Of a DNA stretch of 64,000 nucleotides, positions 53,621-61,735 are shown one piece after another. The DNA lies in NCBI GenBank assembly GCA_963845185.1, contig CAWJRG010000009.1, positions 512,001 through 576,000 of the forward strand, given 5' to 3'. Position 1 is the stretch's first letter. Each line of letters begins with the position of its first letter. A program made the position numbers and the translations under genes. The stretch is from an uncultured bacterium (GTDB lineage Bacteria; Oederibacteriota; PGYV01; CAWJRG01). The notes beneath the pieces are model-generated. The model ran no database searches. It saw only the letters and a program-made list of their open reading frames with translations, and had not been told where the DNA came from.

Positions 53621-55041
53621 ATAGACCCAGGATAAACCTGCTAATACTTAGCTTGATTTTATACACAGTAACTATCATCAGCAATAAATTATTGGTTAAA
53701 GATTCTGATTATAATTCACTTGTATTAAGCCTGCCACTTCTAATGCCTGAAATCAGGAGGAGATTTGATAAAATAGGGGCTTTAGTTTTCAGTATAATTT
53801 TAGTTGCCGCAACGCTTGTCCTTGCTTTGCCTTCGATAAATGTCATTTCACGTGAAATTTTCATTATTGTTTTTCTTTTTTTTCTCACGCTTTATTTTTA
53901 TCCGGATTTTTTTACGGCGTATATAAGAAAAATAAATCAAAAAGAATTATCGCTTCAGCAAAAAATACATGAGCTTAAAAAGATGAAAGATGAAATTGGA
54001 TCGCTATCCAAGATTAACGAAGACCTAGAAAAAGAAATAAAGGATGTAACTTCACTTTATGGCATGATAAAAGAATTAGGTTCCCGGTCCCTGACGCTGA
54101 CAGACAGCATTGGCAATATAACGGAGACTATAAAAAGAATAATCAAATATAACTTCAAAATAAACCTCGATGAAATAAATTTTTTTATGATTGTGAAAAA
54201 AGGAAACATTTTTTCGGTAGCGCAGTCATTTGGGTACGATGAGAATTATTTGAAAGAAAACGAAAAAACAATAATTGAGGCCGTACTGAAAAGAATATCC
54301 GATAAGCGCGATATGATATATAGCAATAAACTTGACAATAAAGAATGGGATAAAAACGAGGCTTTTTTTAATAAAAGTGTGTTATACGTTCCTTTTTATG
54401 TGGAAAATAAACTGCTTGGAGTTTTATTCTTTTCCGGGAGCAAAGAAAATATTTTTGACGAAAAGCAAATTGCAAGCATAAGAATTTTAACAAACCAGAT
54501 TGCGATATTACTGGAAAAAGTTTCTCTTTACGAAGAAGAAGCTATGATGTCAAAAATAGACAGTTTAACAGGACTTTATGTACACAGAGAATTTCAGGAA
54601 CGGCTTGAAAATGAATTAAAGCGAAGTTCCAGATACCAAAAAGAACTGGGGCTTATAATGGGAGATATTGATTTTTTTAAAAAGATGAACGATTATTACG
54701 GGCATCTGGCAGGCGATTATGTACTTAAAACAATAGCACTTATTTTAAAAAATAATACGGACCCGGCAGATTCAGTGGCTAGATATGGCGGCGAGGAATT
54801 TGTTATTATTTTGCCTGATTCAGACAAGAAAAAAGCTTTTTTAAAAGCAGAATCAATTAGAAAAGTAATTGAGGATTATGGATTTGCATATAAAGGGACA
54901 AAAATGGGCGTAACAATGAGCTTTGGTGTTGCGGCATATCCTGGCGATGCTATAACGCGAAGATCATTAATTGATAAAGCAGACAAGGCACTTTATAAAG
55001 CTAAAGAAACAGGCAGAAATAAAGTATTAAAAAGCGAATGA
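53617..55041 (+). CDS. Membrane GAF-GGDEF diguanylate cyclase
   Basis: N-terminal TM segments, coiled coil, GAF, RYGGEEF; TTG start overlaps the previous stop. Confidence 0.92.
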   Translation: MNRPRINLLILSLILYTVTIISNKLLVKDSDYNSLVLSLPLLMPEIRRRFDKIGALVFSIILVAATLVLALPSINVISREIFIIVFLFFLTLYFYPDFFTAYIRKINQKELSLQQKIHELKKMKDEIGSLSKINEDLEKEIKDVTSLYGMIKELGSRSLTLTDSIGNITETIKRIIKYNFKINLDEINFFMIVKKGNIFSVAQSFGYDENYLKENEKTIIEAVLKRISDKRDMIYSNKLDNKEWDKNEAFFNKSVLYVPFYVENKLLGVLFFSGSKENIFDEKQIASIRILTNQIAILLEKVSLYEEEAMMSKIDSLTGLYVHREFQERLENELKRSSRYQKELGLIMGDIDFFKKMNDYYGHLAGDYVLKTIALILKNNTDPADSVARYGGEEFVIILPDSDKKKAFLKAESIRKVIEDYGFAYKGTKMGVTMSFGVAAYPGDAITRRSLIDKADKALYKAKETGRNKVLKSE

Positions 55042-55317
55042 ATGCATTAACAAAATTTAAGCCTATAATTACATGATATGCATAAAAATGAAGGGGCAAA
55101 TATTTTCGGACATAACAAAATATTTTTTTAGTTAAAGCTTTTGAGAATATGATGCATAATTATTCACCGTGGTTGAGTAATAATACACTGGATAATCATT
55201 TTTTTGTTCTAATTTTTTTTGAAATATTAATGCGTTAAAAATCAAATTTAAGGGCGTTGTGCGCTTATAAATATTTATTTTAGATAGCAGTTATTAATAT
55301 ACATGCCAAAAATATCC

Positions 55318-55342
55318 GCAACTTTTTTATAATTCAGTCGTA
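55318..55342 (+). promoter_or_regulatory. Putative ECF-sigma autoregulatory promoter
   Basis: GCAAC-N16-CGTA, 31 nt upstream of the sigma ATG. Confidence 0.65.
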
Positions 55343-55373
55343 CTAATAAGAAGTCGAAATATAAAGGTGAAAA

Positions 55374-55964
55374 ATGGATATTGAAAAAGAAAATGAATTA
55401 ATTGAACAATCAAAATCAGATCCGAAAGCATTTGAAAAGTTGTTTGATAATTATTATCATGCCGTTTTTAGATATGCAGCACACAGAACGGGAAATATAG
55501 AAGTCTCAAGCGATATTGCGGCTGAAACATTTTTTAAAGCATTTAATAAAATTTATACTTATAATCCTAAAATAGCCCCGTTTTCGGCATGGCTTTTTAA
55601 AATAGCCAATAATGAAACAAATTATTATTTCAGGAAACACAAATATACACCCTTTTCTTATAATGCCGCAGTTGAAGATGGTGGATTCAGGGAACCGGCA
55701 TCGCCAGTCGATATTGAAAAGGAATTTATGGATGCGCAGGAAGAAATGGAAAAAAACAAGGATTTTTTACAGGTAAAGGAAGCTATATGCAAATTACCCG
55801 CAAGATATCAGGAGGTAATAGTTCTTAAGTTTCTGGAGGATAAAAAAATTTCCGAAATCAGTTTAATCCTGAATAAAAAAGAAGGAACAATAAAATCACT
55901 TATATCCAGGGGTTTGGCAAGATTGCGAAAATATTTTTCCCGAAAAAGACGCAACCATTTATAA
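55374..55964 (+). CDS. ECF-subfamily RNA polymerase sigma factor
   Basis: AFEKLF..Y, D...ETF.KA, FSAWLFKIA.N, region 4 EIS.IL...EGTIKSLISRG. Confidence 0.95.
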   Translation: MDIEKENELIEQSKSDPKAFEKLFDNYYHAVFRYAAHRTGNIEVSSDIAAETFFKAFNKIYTYNPKIAPFSAWLFKIANNETNYYFRKHKYTPFSYNAAVEDGGFREPASPVDIEKEFMDAQEEMEKNKDFLQVKEAICKLPARYQEVIVLKFLEDKKISEISLILNKKEGTIKSLISRGLARLRKYFSRKRRNHL

Positions 55965-55975
55965 TCTGAAGCATA
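55951..55975 (+). promoter_or_regulatory. Second ECF-like promoter, spanning the sigma stop and facing the anti-sigma gene
   Basis: GCAAC-N16-CATA, same spacing as the upstream site. Confidence 0.5.
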
Positions 55976-56013
55976 TATTAAGTAACAGCAAGAATAACGA
56001 AAGGCGGCTTTAA

Positions 56014-56841
56014 ATGGAAGAAAAAGATATAATTAAAAAGCTGGAAAAAGCAAGGCTTTCAATGCATGGGTTTAAAGCCCACGGCGCCAGAGTTAAAGCA
56101 GTGCTTTTTAGCAGGAAAATTAAAGAGGAAAGAAAATATATACCCGAATATTTTAAAATTTTAACAGCCATGGCTGGCATGTTTGTTTTGGCAATTGCGT
56201 CTTATTATGTAGTTGATAACATGGATAAAGGTAATAAATTCAATAAAAACGGTGGAATCTGGTCAACCTACAGCGATGTTCAGGAAGGTGGAGATTCAAA
56301 GGTATGGCCTCCGCCGGCTTCAGCAACTGGAAATGATTTTGTGATGTCAAAGCCCGGTTACGGAGGAGAGGGTTACGCAGTAAGGATTACAGGCATGACA
56401 GGCTCCAAACTCGGCTTAAATTATAATTATTTTGGCGTGGTAAACAGATTTAGCAGTGATTCTTCCTGCCCCAAATGTAAAGGTGCAAATATTAAAAAAT
56501 ATTCCGGCATAATGTTCAGGATTAAGGGAAAAATACTGTCAGGCAATCTTTTTTTTATACTGCCTTATGAAGGCAATGAGTGCGTAGCTGAAAGGCTTAC
56601 ATGCAAGAGTTTGACCGGCTATGCGGATTACGAAAAGGACATTACAAATGAAGTCAAGCAAAACTGGAACTTTATTGTTATTGATTTCAGAAGAGATTTA
56701 AGGCAACCTTATTGGACGCCAAACAATGCAGTTGTGCCGATTGAGAAAGTACTTGAAAATGTTCACCTTTTCAAGTGGCAGTTTAAAAACGGGGACGGCA
56801 ATTTAGTGGATATTTGGATTGATAATGTCCGACTTTTCTAA
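56014..56841 (+). CDS. Putative anti-sigma factor: short cytoplasmic N-terminus, one TM helix, extracytoplasmic CBM11/CIA30-like domain
   Basis: Directly after the ECF sigma; TM ILTAMAGMFVLAIASYYV; GGIWSTYSD..EGG.S.VWP, QPYW, DIWIDNV. Confidence 0.8.
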   Translation: MEEKDIIKKLEKARLSMHGFKAHGARVKAVLFSRKIKEERKYIPEYFKILTAMAGMFVLAIASYYVVDNMDKGNKFNKNGGIWSTYSDVQEGGDSKVWPPPASATGNDFVMSKPGYGGEGYAVRITGMTGSKLGLNYNYFGVVNRFSSDSSCPKCKGANIKKYSGIMFRIKGKILSGNLFFILPYEGNECVAERLTCKSLTGYADYEKDITNEVKQNWNFIVIDFRRDLRQPYWTPNNAVVPIEKVLENVHLFKWQFKNGDGNLVDIWIDNVRLF

Positions 56842-56941
56842 CGTAAAGATTGAAAAAAGACCGAAAGGAGGCATGTACAGAGTTTAAATCTAGATTATTT
56901 GCGAAGTAATTAATTTGCTGAAGAAAATACTGAAAAAAATG

Positions 56942-56970
56942 TGGACAAAAAAAAATATATTACTTATAAT
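56942..56970 (+). promoter_or_regulatory. Sigma70-type promoter
   Basis: TGGACA-17-TATAAT. Confidence 0.6.
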
Positions 56971-57010
56971 AACAGCACTTAATTGAAAAATATAAAAAGG
57001 AGGAAGGAAA

Positions 57011-59332
57011 ATGAAAAAAAGCAAGAAAACATTATTTTTATCGGCAATTGTTTTTTCTTTATTGTTTATTTTATGTTTTAGTAAGATAGCGTTTGCTGCG
57101 GACACCACGCAAGATGCAAAAGCAGTTGAAGCAATGAAAGCAAGCCATAATATTGTACTGTGGAATTTCGAAGATGGCACAACAGATGGGTGGCATGGTG
57201 CAGGCGCAAAATGGGGAAAAGCTTCCTCGGTCAACAACAAATCTGATTTTGTAAGCGAAGGAAAATACTCTTTGGAAATTAATTGTAAGGGTTCGACGGA
57301 CTGGAACCAGGATGCTGCGGTCAATGATGGGCCGTTTCCGAAAGAGTTTCAAAAACTTGTCGAGATCACAATGGATGTATTCGTGCCAGCAGAGACATTA
57401 AAAGGAATGGAATATGCCGAGCTTTATTTCGTGATTTCTGGCGCTGCAAATACATGGTATCAGCTCAAACAACAGTTAAATCAGGGCTGGAACAATCTGG
57501 TATTTAAGGTTGACACGGCAAATGTAAGAGGAGAGATATGGCATACGTATATTGTAGTAAATTCAACCGAGCCTTTTAACGGGCCAATCTATGTTGACAA
57601 TGTAAAAGCAAGGGTACAGGGACCATTGGGCGAAATTAAAGGTAAAGCCATTGATAAAGACAGTAAACAGCCATTAAAAGGAGCATGTTTTGTAATTGGT
57701 GATACTTTGGTTAAAACCGACGACGGTGGAAATTTTCAGGCAAATGTATACGAGGATGAATATAGTAAATTGGCAATTATTATGCCGGGATATATGGATA
57801 AGACAATGGATAAAGTTGTTGTTTGGGGTGGAAAAACCACTGATTTAGGAGAAGTTTTAGTCACTAAGAAAAGCGAGCCTAAAGAAGAGCAGGTAAATGT
57901 TACAGTAGATGCGTCAAAGGTTATAAGGGAATTTGATCCGCACAAGGTTTATGGCAACAACGCAGCAGTGTGGGATAAAAAAGACGGATTTGTTGACAAT
58001 ATTGCACTTGAAAAAATAAGAAAATCAGGTGCCACACTTATTAGGTTCCCTGGCGGTGATTACGGCAACCTTTATAACTGGAAAACAGGTGAGGTTTATA
58101 AATGGGATGGTTCTGTTTCATGGACGCCGGAAATGAATTATTATATGTTTATAGCCTTCATGAAAAGGCTTGACCCAATAAATGCCGAAGTACTTCCAAC
58201 CTTAAATGTAATGACACCTCCAAACAAGACATTAGTGGAAAGAGTTAAATTTCAGATAGAATGGCTTAAGGACATGAGGGAAAAAGGTCTTAAATTCCGG
58301 TACGTTGAAATCGGAAACGAGCCTGATAACAAGCCTGCGGTAAAAGCACCATCCGATATGAAAAAATTGGCGAAGAAAAAAGACGGTACGGAATTCTGGA
58401 CAAGTATTGATGATTACTGCGCTGTTTTTAACGAAGCAGCAAGCATTATAAAAAAAGAGATTCCTGATGTAAAAATTTTGGGTCCAGTTCCAATGCAACC
58501 AATGAATCAACTTAGATTGGAAGGAGAGCCATGGAAAGCCGAAGGCGACCCAAAAGCGCCTTTCTGGCTTGAAAGGTTTTTAAAACTTTCGGGTAAATAT
58601 GTAGATGTCTTGGTGACACATGAATATCCATTATGGGCAAATAACAGCACTGTGGCACTTTTGAAAAGGCCGCAGGAAACATGGCCGGTATATATGCCGA
58701 AAATAAAAGCATGGATGAAAAAGTACGTGCCTGAAAAAGCTGACACTATGGAAGTTGCCTTAACCGAATGGAACTCGGGGCAAGAAAATCCGACAACGGC
58801 ACAGCTTATAAACGGTTTGTTTGCGGCAGACTATCTTGCATCTTTTATTAAGTCGGGTGGAGATATAGCTTGTATCTGGGACATGTATACACAGAAAGCT
58901 GGCCAGGGTGGAGGGCACGGAGTTCTTGATGAAGAGTTTGATCCTAGCAATAAATATGCGGAAAGGTCATCTTACTGGGCGCTATATATGATGTATAACA
59001 TGTTGGGTAAAAAAATGGTTAAAGCAGATTCAAATAACCAGGATCTTTCCGTTTACGCTACAATGCTTGACGACGGAAATTTGGCGATAATGGCTATAAA
59101 CAAAACAAGCTTGTCGAAATGCAAGGCAACAATAGATATTTCCGGCTTTAACGTGGGAAATGGCACTGCGGATGCTTGGCAATTTTCAGATAAGGAATAT
59201 GTATGGAGCACAATGCTTTTTAGGGCAATTATTAACTCGGGCCCATCTCAGTTCCAGATTAACAATGTGAAAAACACGTTTACTGAAGATTTCCCGCCTT
59301 ATTCAATCACGATATTGCATATAAAAAAGTAA
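57011..59332 (+). CDS. Exported clan GH-A glycoside hydrolase (GH44/GH51/GH79-like) with N-terminal CBM-like and carboxypeptidase-regulatory-like domains
   Basis: Signal peptide ending AFA; NFEDGT..GW...YVDNV; IRFPGG...YNWK, EIGNEP, THEYP, LTEWN. Confidence 0.82.
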   Translation: MKKSKKTLFLSAIVFSLLFILCFSKIAFAADTTQDAKAVEAMKASHNIVLWNFEDGTTDGWHGAGAKWGKASSVNNKSDFVSEGKYSLEINCKGSTDWNQDAAVNDGPFPKEFQKLVEITMDVFVPAETLKGMEYAELYFVISGAANTWYQLKQQLNQGWNNLVFKVDTANVRGEIWHTYIVVNSTEPFNGPIYVDNVKARVQGPLGEIKGKAIDKDSKQPLKGACFVIGDTLVKTDDGGNFQANVYEDEYSKLAIIMPGYMDKTMDKVVVWGGKTTDLGEVLVTKKSEPKEEQVNVTVDASKVIREFDPHKVYGNNAAVWDKKDGFVDNIALEKIRKSGATLIRFPGGDYGNLYNWKTGEVYKWDGSVSWTPEMNYYMFIAFMKRLDPINAEVLPTLNVMTPPNKTLVERVKFQIEWLKDMREKGLKFRYVEIGNEPDNKPAVKAPSDMKKLAKKKDGTEFWTSIDDYCAVFNEAASIIKKEIPDVKILGPVPMQPMNQLRLEGEPWKAEGDPKAPFWLERFLKLSGKYVDVLVTHEYPLWANNSTVALLKRPQETWPVYMPKIKAWMKKYVPEKADTMEVALTEWNSGQENPTTAQLINGLFAADYLASFIKSGGDIACIWDMYTQKAGQGGGHGVLDEEFDPSNKYAERSSYWALYMMYNMLGKKMVKADSNNQDLSVYATMLDDGNLAIMAINKTSLSKCKATIDISGFNVGNGTADAWQFSDKEYVWSTMLFRAIINSGPSQFQINNVKNTFTEDFPPYSITILHIKK

Positions 59333-59350
59333 AGATAAACAGTAGAAAAT

Positions 59351-59395
59351 ATAAGCCCTCTTTGCGGAAACGCCGAGAGGGCTTTATATTTTTAT
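59351..59395 (+). terminator. Rho-independent terminator
   Basis: AAGCCCTCT-TTGCG-GAAA-CGCCG-AGAGGGCTT followed by a T-rich run. Confidence 0.8.
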
Positions 59396-59467
59396 ATTCA
59401 TTTTATTCCGGAAAATTTCCAATTTTTTTGACAGAATTTCGCTAAATAGTAAAACAATTGAAAATTA

Positions 59468-59495
59468 TTGACAAAAATACCGATTTTTATATAAT
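59468..59495 (+). promoter_or_regulatory. Sigma70 promoter for the polyamine operon
   Basis: TTGACA-16-TATAAT. Confidence 0.7.
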
Positions 59496-59537
59496 TAATC
59501 ACGCGTTTATGATGTTACAATACGAAGAGGAGATAAA

Positions 59538-60044
59538 ATGAAAAACGGAAATAAATCTAAAGTACCTAATCAAGGCATAAGCCAAATAATCCCGACAAAA
59601 TTTTTTCTTGTGGCAGGACATTCCGAAGGCATGACGCCTCTTAATGCTTTTGACAGCGCACTTCTTGATGCGGGCATTGGCAACACTAATCTGGTAAAGA
59701 TGAGCAGTATACTGCCACCCGGAGCGAAAAAAATTAAACCGATAAAATTACCTTTAGGAGCGCTCGTGCCCGTAGCTTATGCATCAAAAGTCAGCACACA
59801 GGTTGATGAAATTATATCTGCAGGAGTGGCTGTTGCGATACCAAAAGACCCTAAGAAAAACGGGCTGATTATGGAGTATTCAGGTGCAGGACACAAGGAA
59901 GAAATTGAAAGAATAGTCCGCCATATGGCTGAAGAGGGCATGAGATACAGGGGATATTCGATTAAGGAAATACAGAGCATAGCGGCACAACATAATATTA
60001 AAAAAATAGGTGCTGCATATGCTGCAGTAGTGCTGTGGTGGTAA
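59538..60044 (+). CDS. pdaD: Pyruvoyl-dependent arginine decarboxylase
   Basis: [22 protein letters not shown] (Ser-Ser cleavage site), G.IME. Confidence 0.93.
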   Translation: MKNGNKSKVPNQGISQIIPTKFFLVAGHSEGMTPLNAFDSALLDAGIGNTNLVKMSSILPPGAKKIKPIKLPLGALVPVAYASKVSTQVDEIISAGVAVAIPKDPKKNGLIMEYSGAGHKEEIERIVRHMAEEGMRYRGYSIKEIQSIAAQHNIKKIGAAYAAVVLWW

Positions 60045-60886
60045 AAGTGAAAGAAATTAGCAGGAAATGGGCTCGTGAAATTTACAAGGATACGGCCTTA
60101 TCTTATGAAATAATCAAAAAGCTTTACGGCAAGCGAAGCAAATTTCAAATGGTGGAGGTCTATAAGACAAAAAAACACGGAAATTTAATGGCGCTTGACG
60201 GTTGTTTTATGCTGACTGAAAAAGAAGAATTTGTTTATCATGAAATGATAGCACATATCCCGCTCTTTTCTCATCCCAACCCACAAAATGTACTAGTTAT
60301 AGGAGGAGGCGACGGAGGTACAGTAAGAGAAGTCTTGAAGCACAAAACAGTCAAGAAAATAGATTTTGTCGAGATTGACGAAGATGTTTACAAAGTTTCT
60401 TTAAAATATTTTAAAACTCTTACGGATCCGGTTAAAGATAACAAAAAAGTTAATTTTCTTTTTGGGGATGGCATAAAATTTGTTACTGAAACAAGCAATA
60501 AATATGATGTTATTTTGATTGATTCAACAGATCCTTCGAATATAAGCGGCGGGCTTTTTGGTACAGAATTTTTTAAAAATATCTACAGAATTTTGAATAA
60601 AAACGGTATTATGGTAAGCCAGTCTGAAGATCCGTTTTTTGATGGGCATATAATAAAAAATGTTCATTCCCGCCTAAAAAAAATATTTAAGCATGTGAGG
60701 CTTTATCTTGCTTTTATTCCGACTTATCCATCCGGTTGCTGGAGTTTTATTTTTGCCTCAAAGCGCCTTACCCCCGATGTAATAAGAAATAAATTTTTAA
60801 ATAAATTTAAGACAAAATACTATAACTCTGAACTCCATAAAGCGGCTTTTATTTTGCCGGAATTTGTAAAGGGGCTTACAAAATGA
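60035..60886 (+). CDS. speE: Polyamine aminopropyltransferase (spermidine synthase)
   Basis: [30 protein letters not shown]. Confidence 0.95.
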   Translation: MVVKVKEISRKWAREIYKDTALSYEIIKKLYGKRSKFQMVEVYKTKKHGNLMALDGCFMLTEKEEFVYHEMIAHIPLFSHPNPQNVLVIGGGDGGTVREVLKHKTVKKIDFVEIDEDVYKVSLKYFKTLTDPVKDNKKVNFLFGDGIKFVTETSNKYDVILIDSTDPSNISGGLFGTEFFKNIYRILNKNGIMVSQSEDPFFDGHIIKNVHSRLKKIFKHVRLYLAFIPTYPSGCWSFIFASKRLTPDVIRNKFLNKFKTKYYNSELHKAAFILPEFVKGLTK

Positions 60887-61734
60887 AACTAACAAAAGAA
60901 ACTAATTTTATTGGTTGTGATTACGATTTTGAAGAATCCCAACTTGTATTGGCAGGAATTCCTTATGATGGTACTTCTTCGTTTAGGCCGGGATCTCGTT
61001 TTGCGCCGGATAGCATCAGGAAATTTTCATATTCAATAGAGACTTTTTCACCAGATGCCGTTCTTGATATTACTGATTTTAAAATAAGCGATATTGGAAA
61101 TGTGGAATTACCTTTTGGCAACAGGGAAGAGGTTATTGGTGATATAAAAAATCTTGCTGCATATATATTAAAAAACAAAAAAAAAGCTGTATTCATGGGT
61201 GGTGAACATCTTTTAAGCTATCCTGTCATAGAAAAGTATAAAGAAAGGTATAAAGACCTGAAAGTCATATATTTTGATGCGCATGCTGACATGCGTGACG
61301 ATTATTTGAATGATAAACTATCACATGCATGCGTAGCCAGGCGTATTACAGAAAATATAGGTAAGGAAAATATTTTTATGTTCGGCGTCAGGTCCTTTGA
61401 GAAACAAGAATTTAATTATATAAGGAACAACAATATTTTTTGCGATTCAAAATGTGAACAAATATGGAACGTTATCGATACTGTAAAATCTTTTCCTGTT
61501 TATCTATCACTTGACCTCGATGTTTTTGATCCGGCATGCCTGCCGGGACTTGGCACGCCTGAAGCCGGTGGTATTTTTTATAATGATTTTGTCGAAATCC
61601 TTGAAGGCTTGTCTGAAATTAAAAATATAGTAGCAGCTGACGTAGTTGAATTATCCCCGACTTTTGACCCATGTGGAAATTCTAGTGTTTTTGCCGCAAA
61701 AGTCATGAGGGAACTTATTTTACGTTTAATTTAA
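60883..61734 (+). CDS. speB: Agmatinase
   Basis: GGEH, DAHAD, SLDLDVFDP...PG.GTPEAGG. Confidence 0.95.
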   Translation: MKLTKETNFIGCDYDFEESQLVLAGIPYDGTSSFRPGSRFAPDSIRKFSYSIETFSPDAVLDITDFKISDIGNVELPFGNREEVIGDIKNLAAYILKNKKKAVFMGGEHLLSYPVIEKYKERYKDLKVIYFDAHADMRDDYLNDKLSHACVARRITENIGKENIFMFGVRSFEKQEFNYIRNNNIFCDSKCEQIWNVIDTVKSFPVYLSLDLDVFDPACLPGLGTPEAGGIFYNDFVEILEGLSEIKNIVAADVVELSPTFDPCGNSSVFAAKVMRELILRLI

Positions 61735-61735
61735 A

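Noticed and set aside
59538..61734. Polyamine operon lacking speD
   Set aside because: speD is often encoded elsewhere, so this is not unusual
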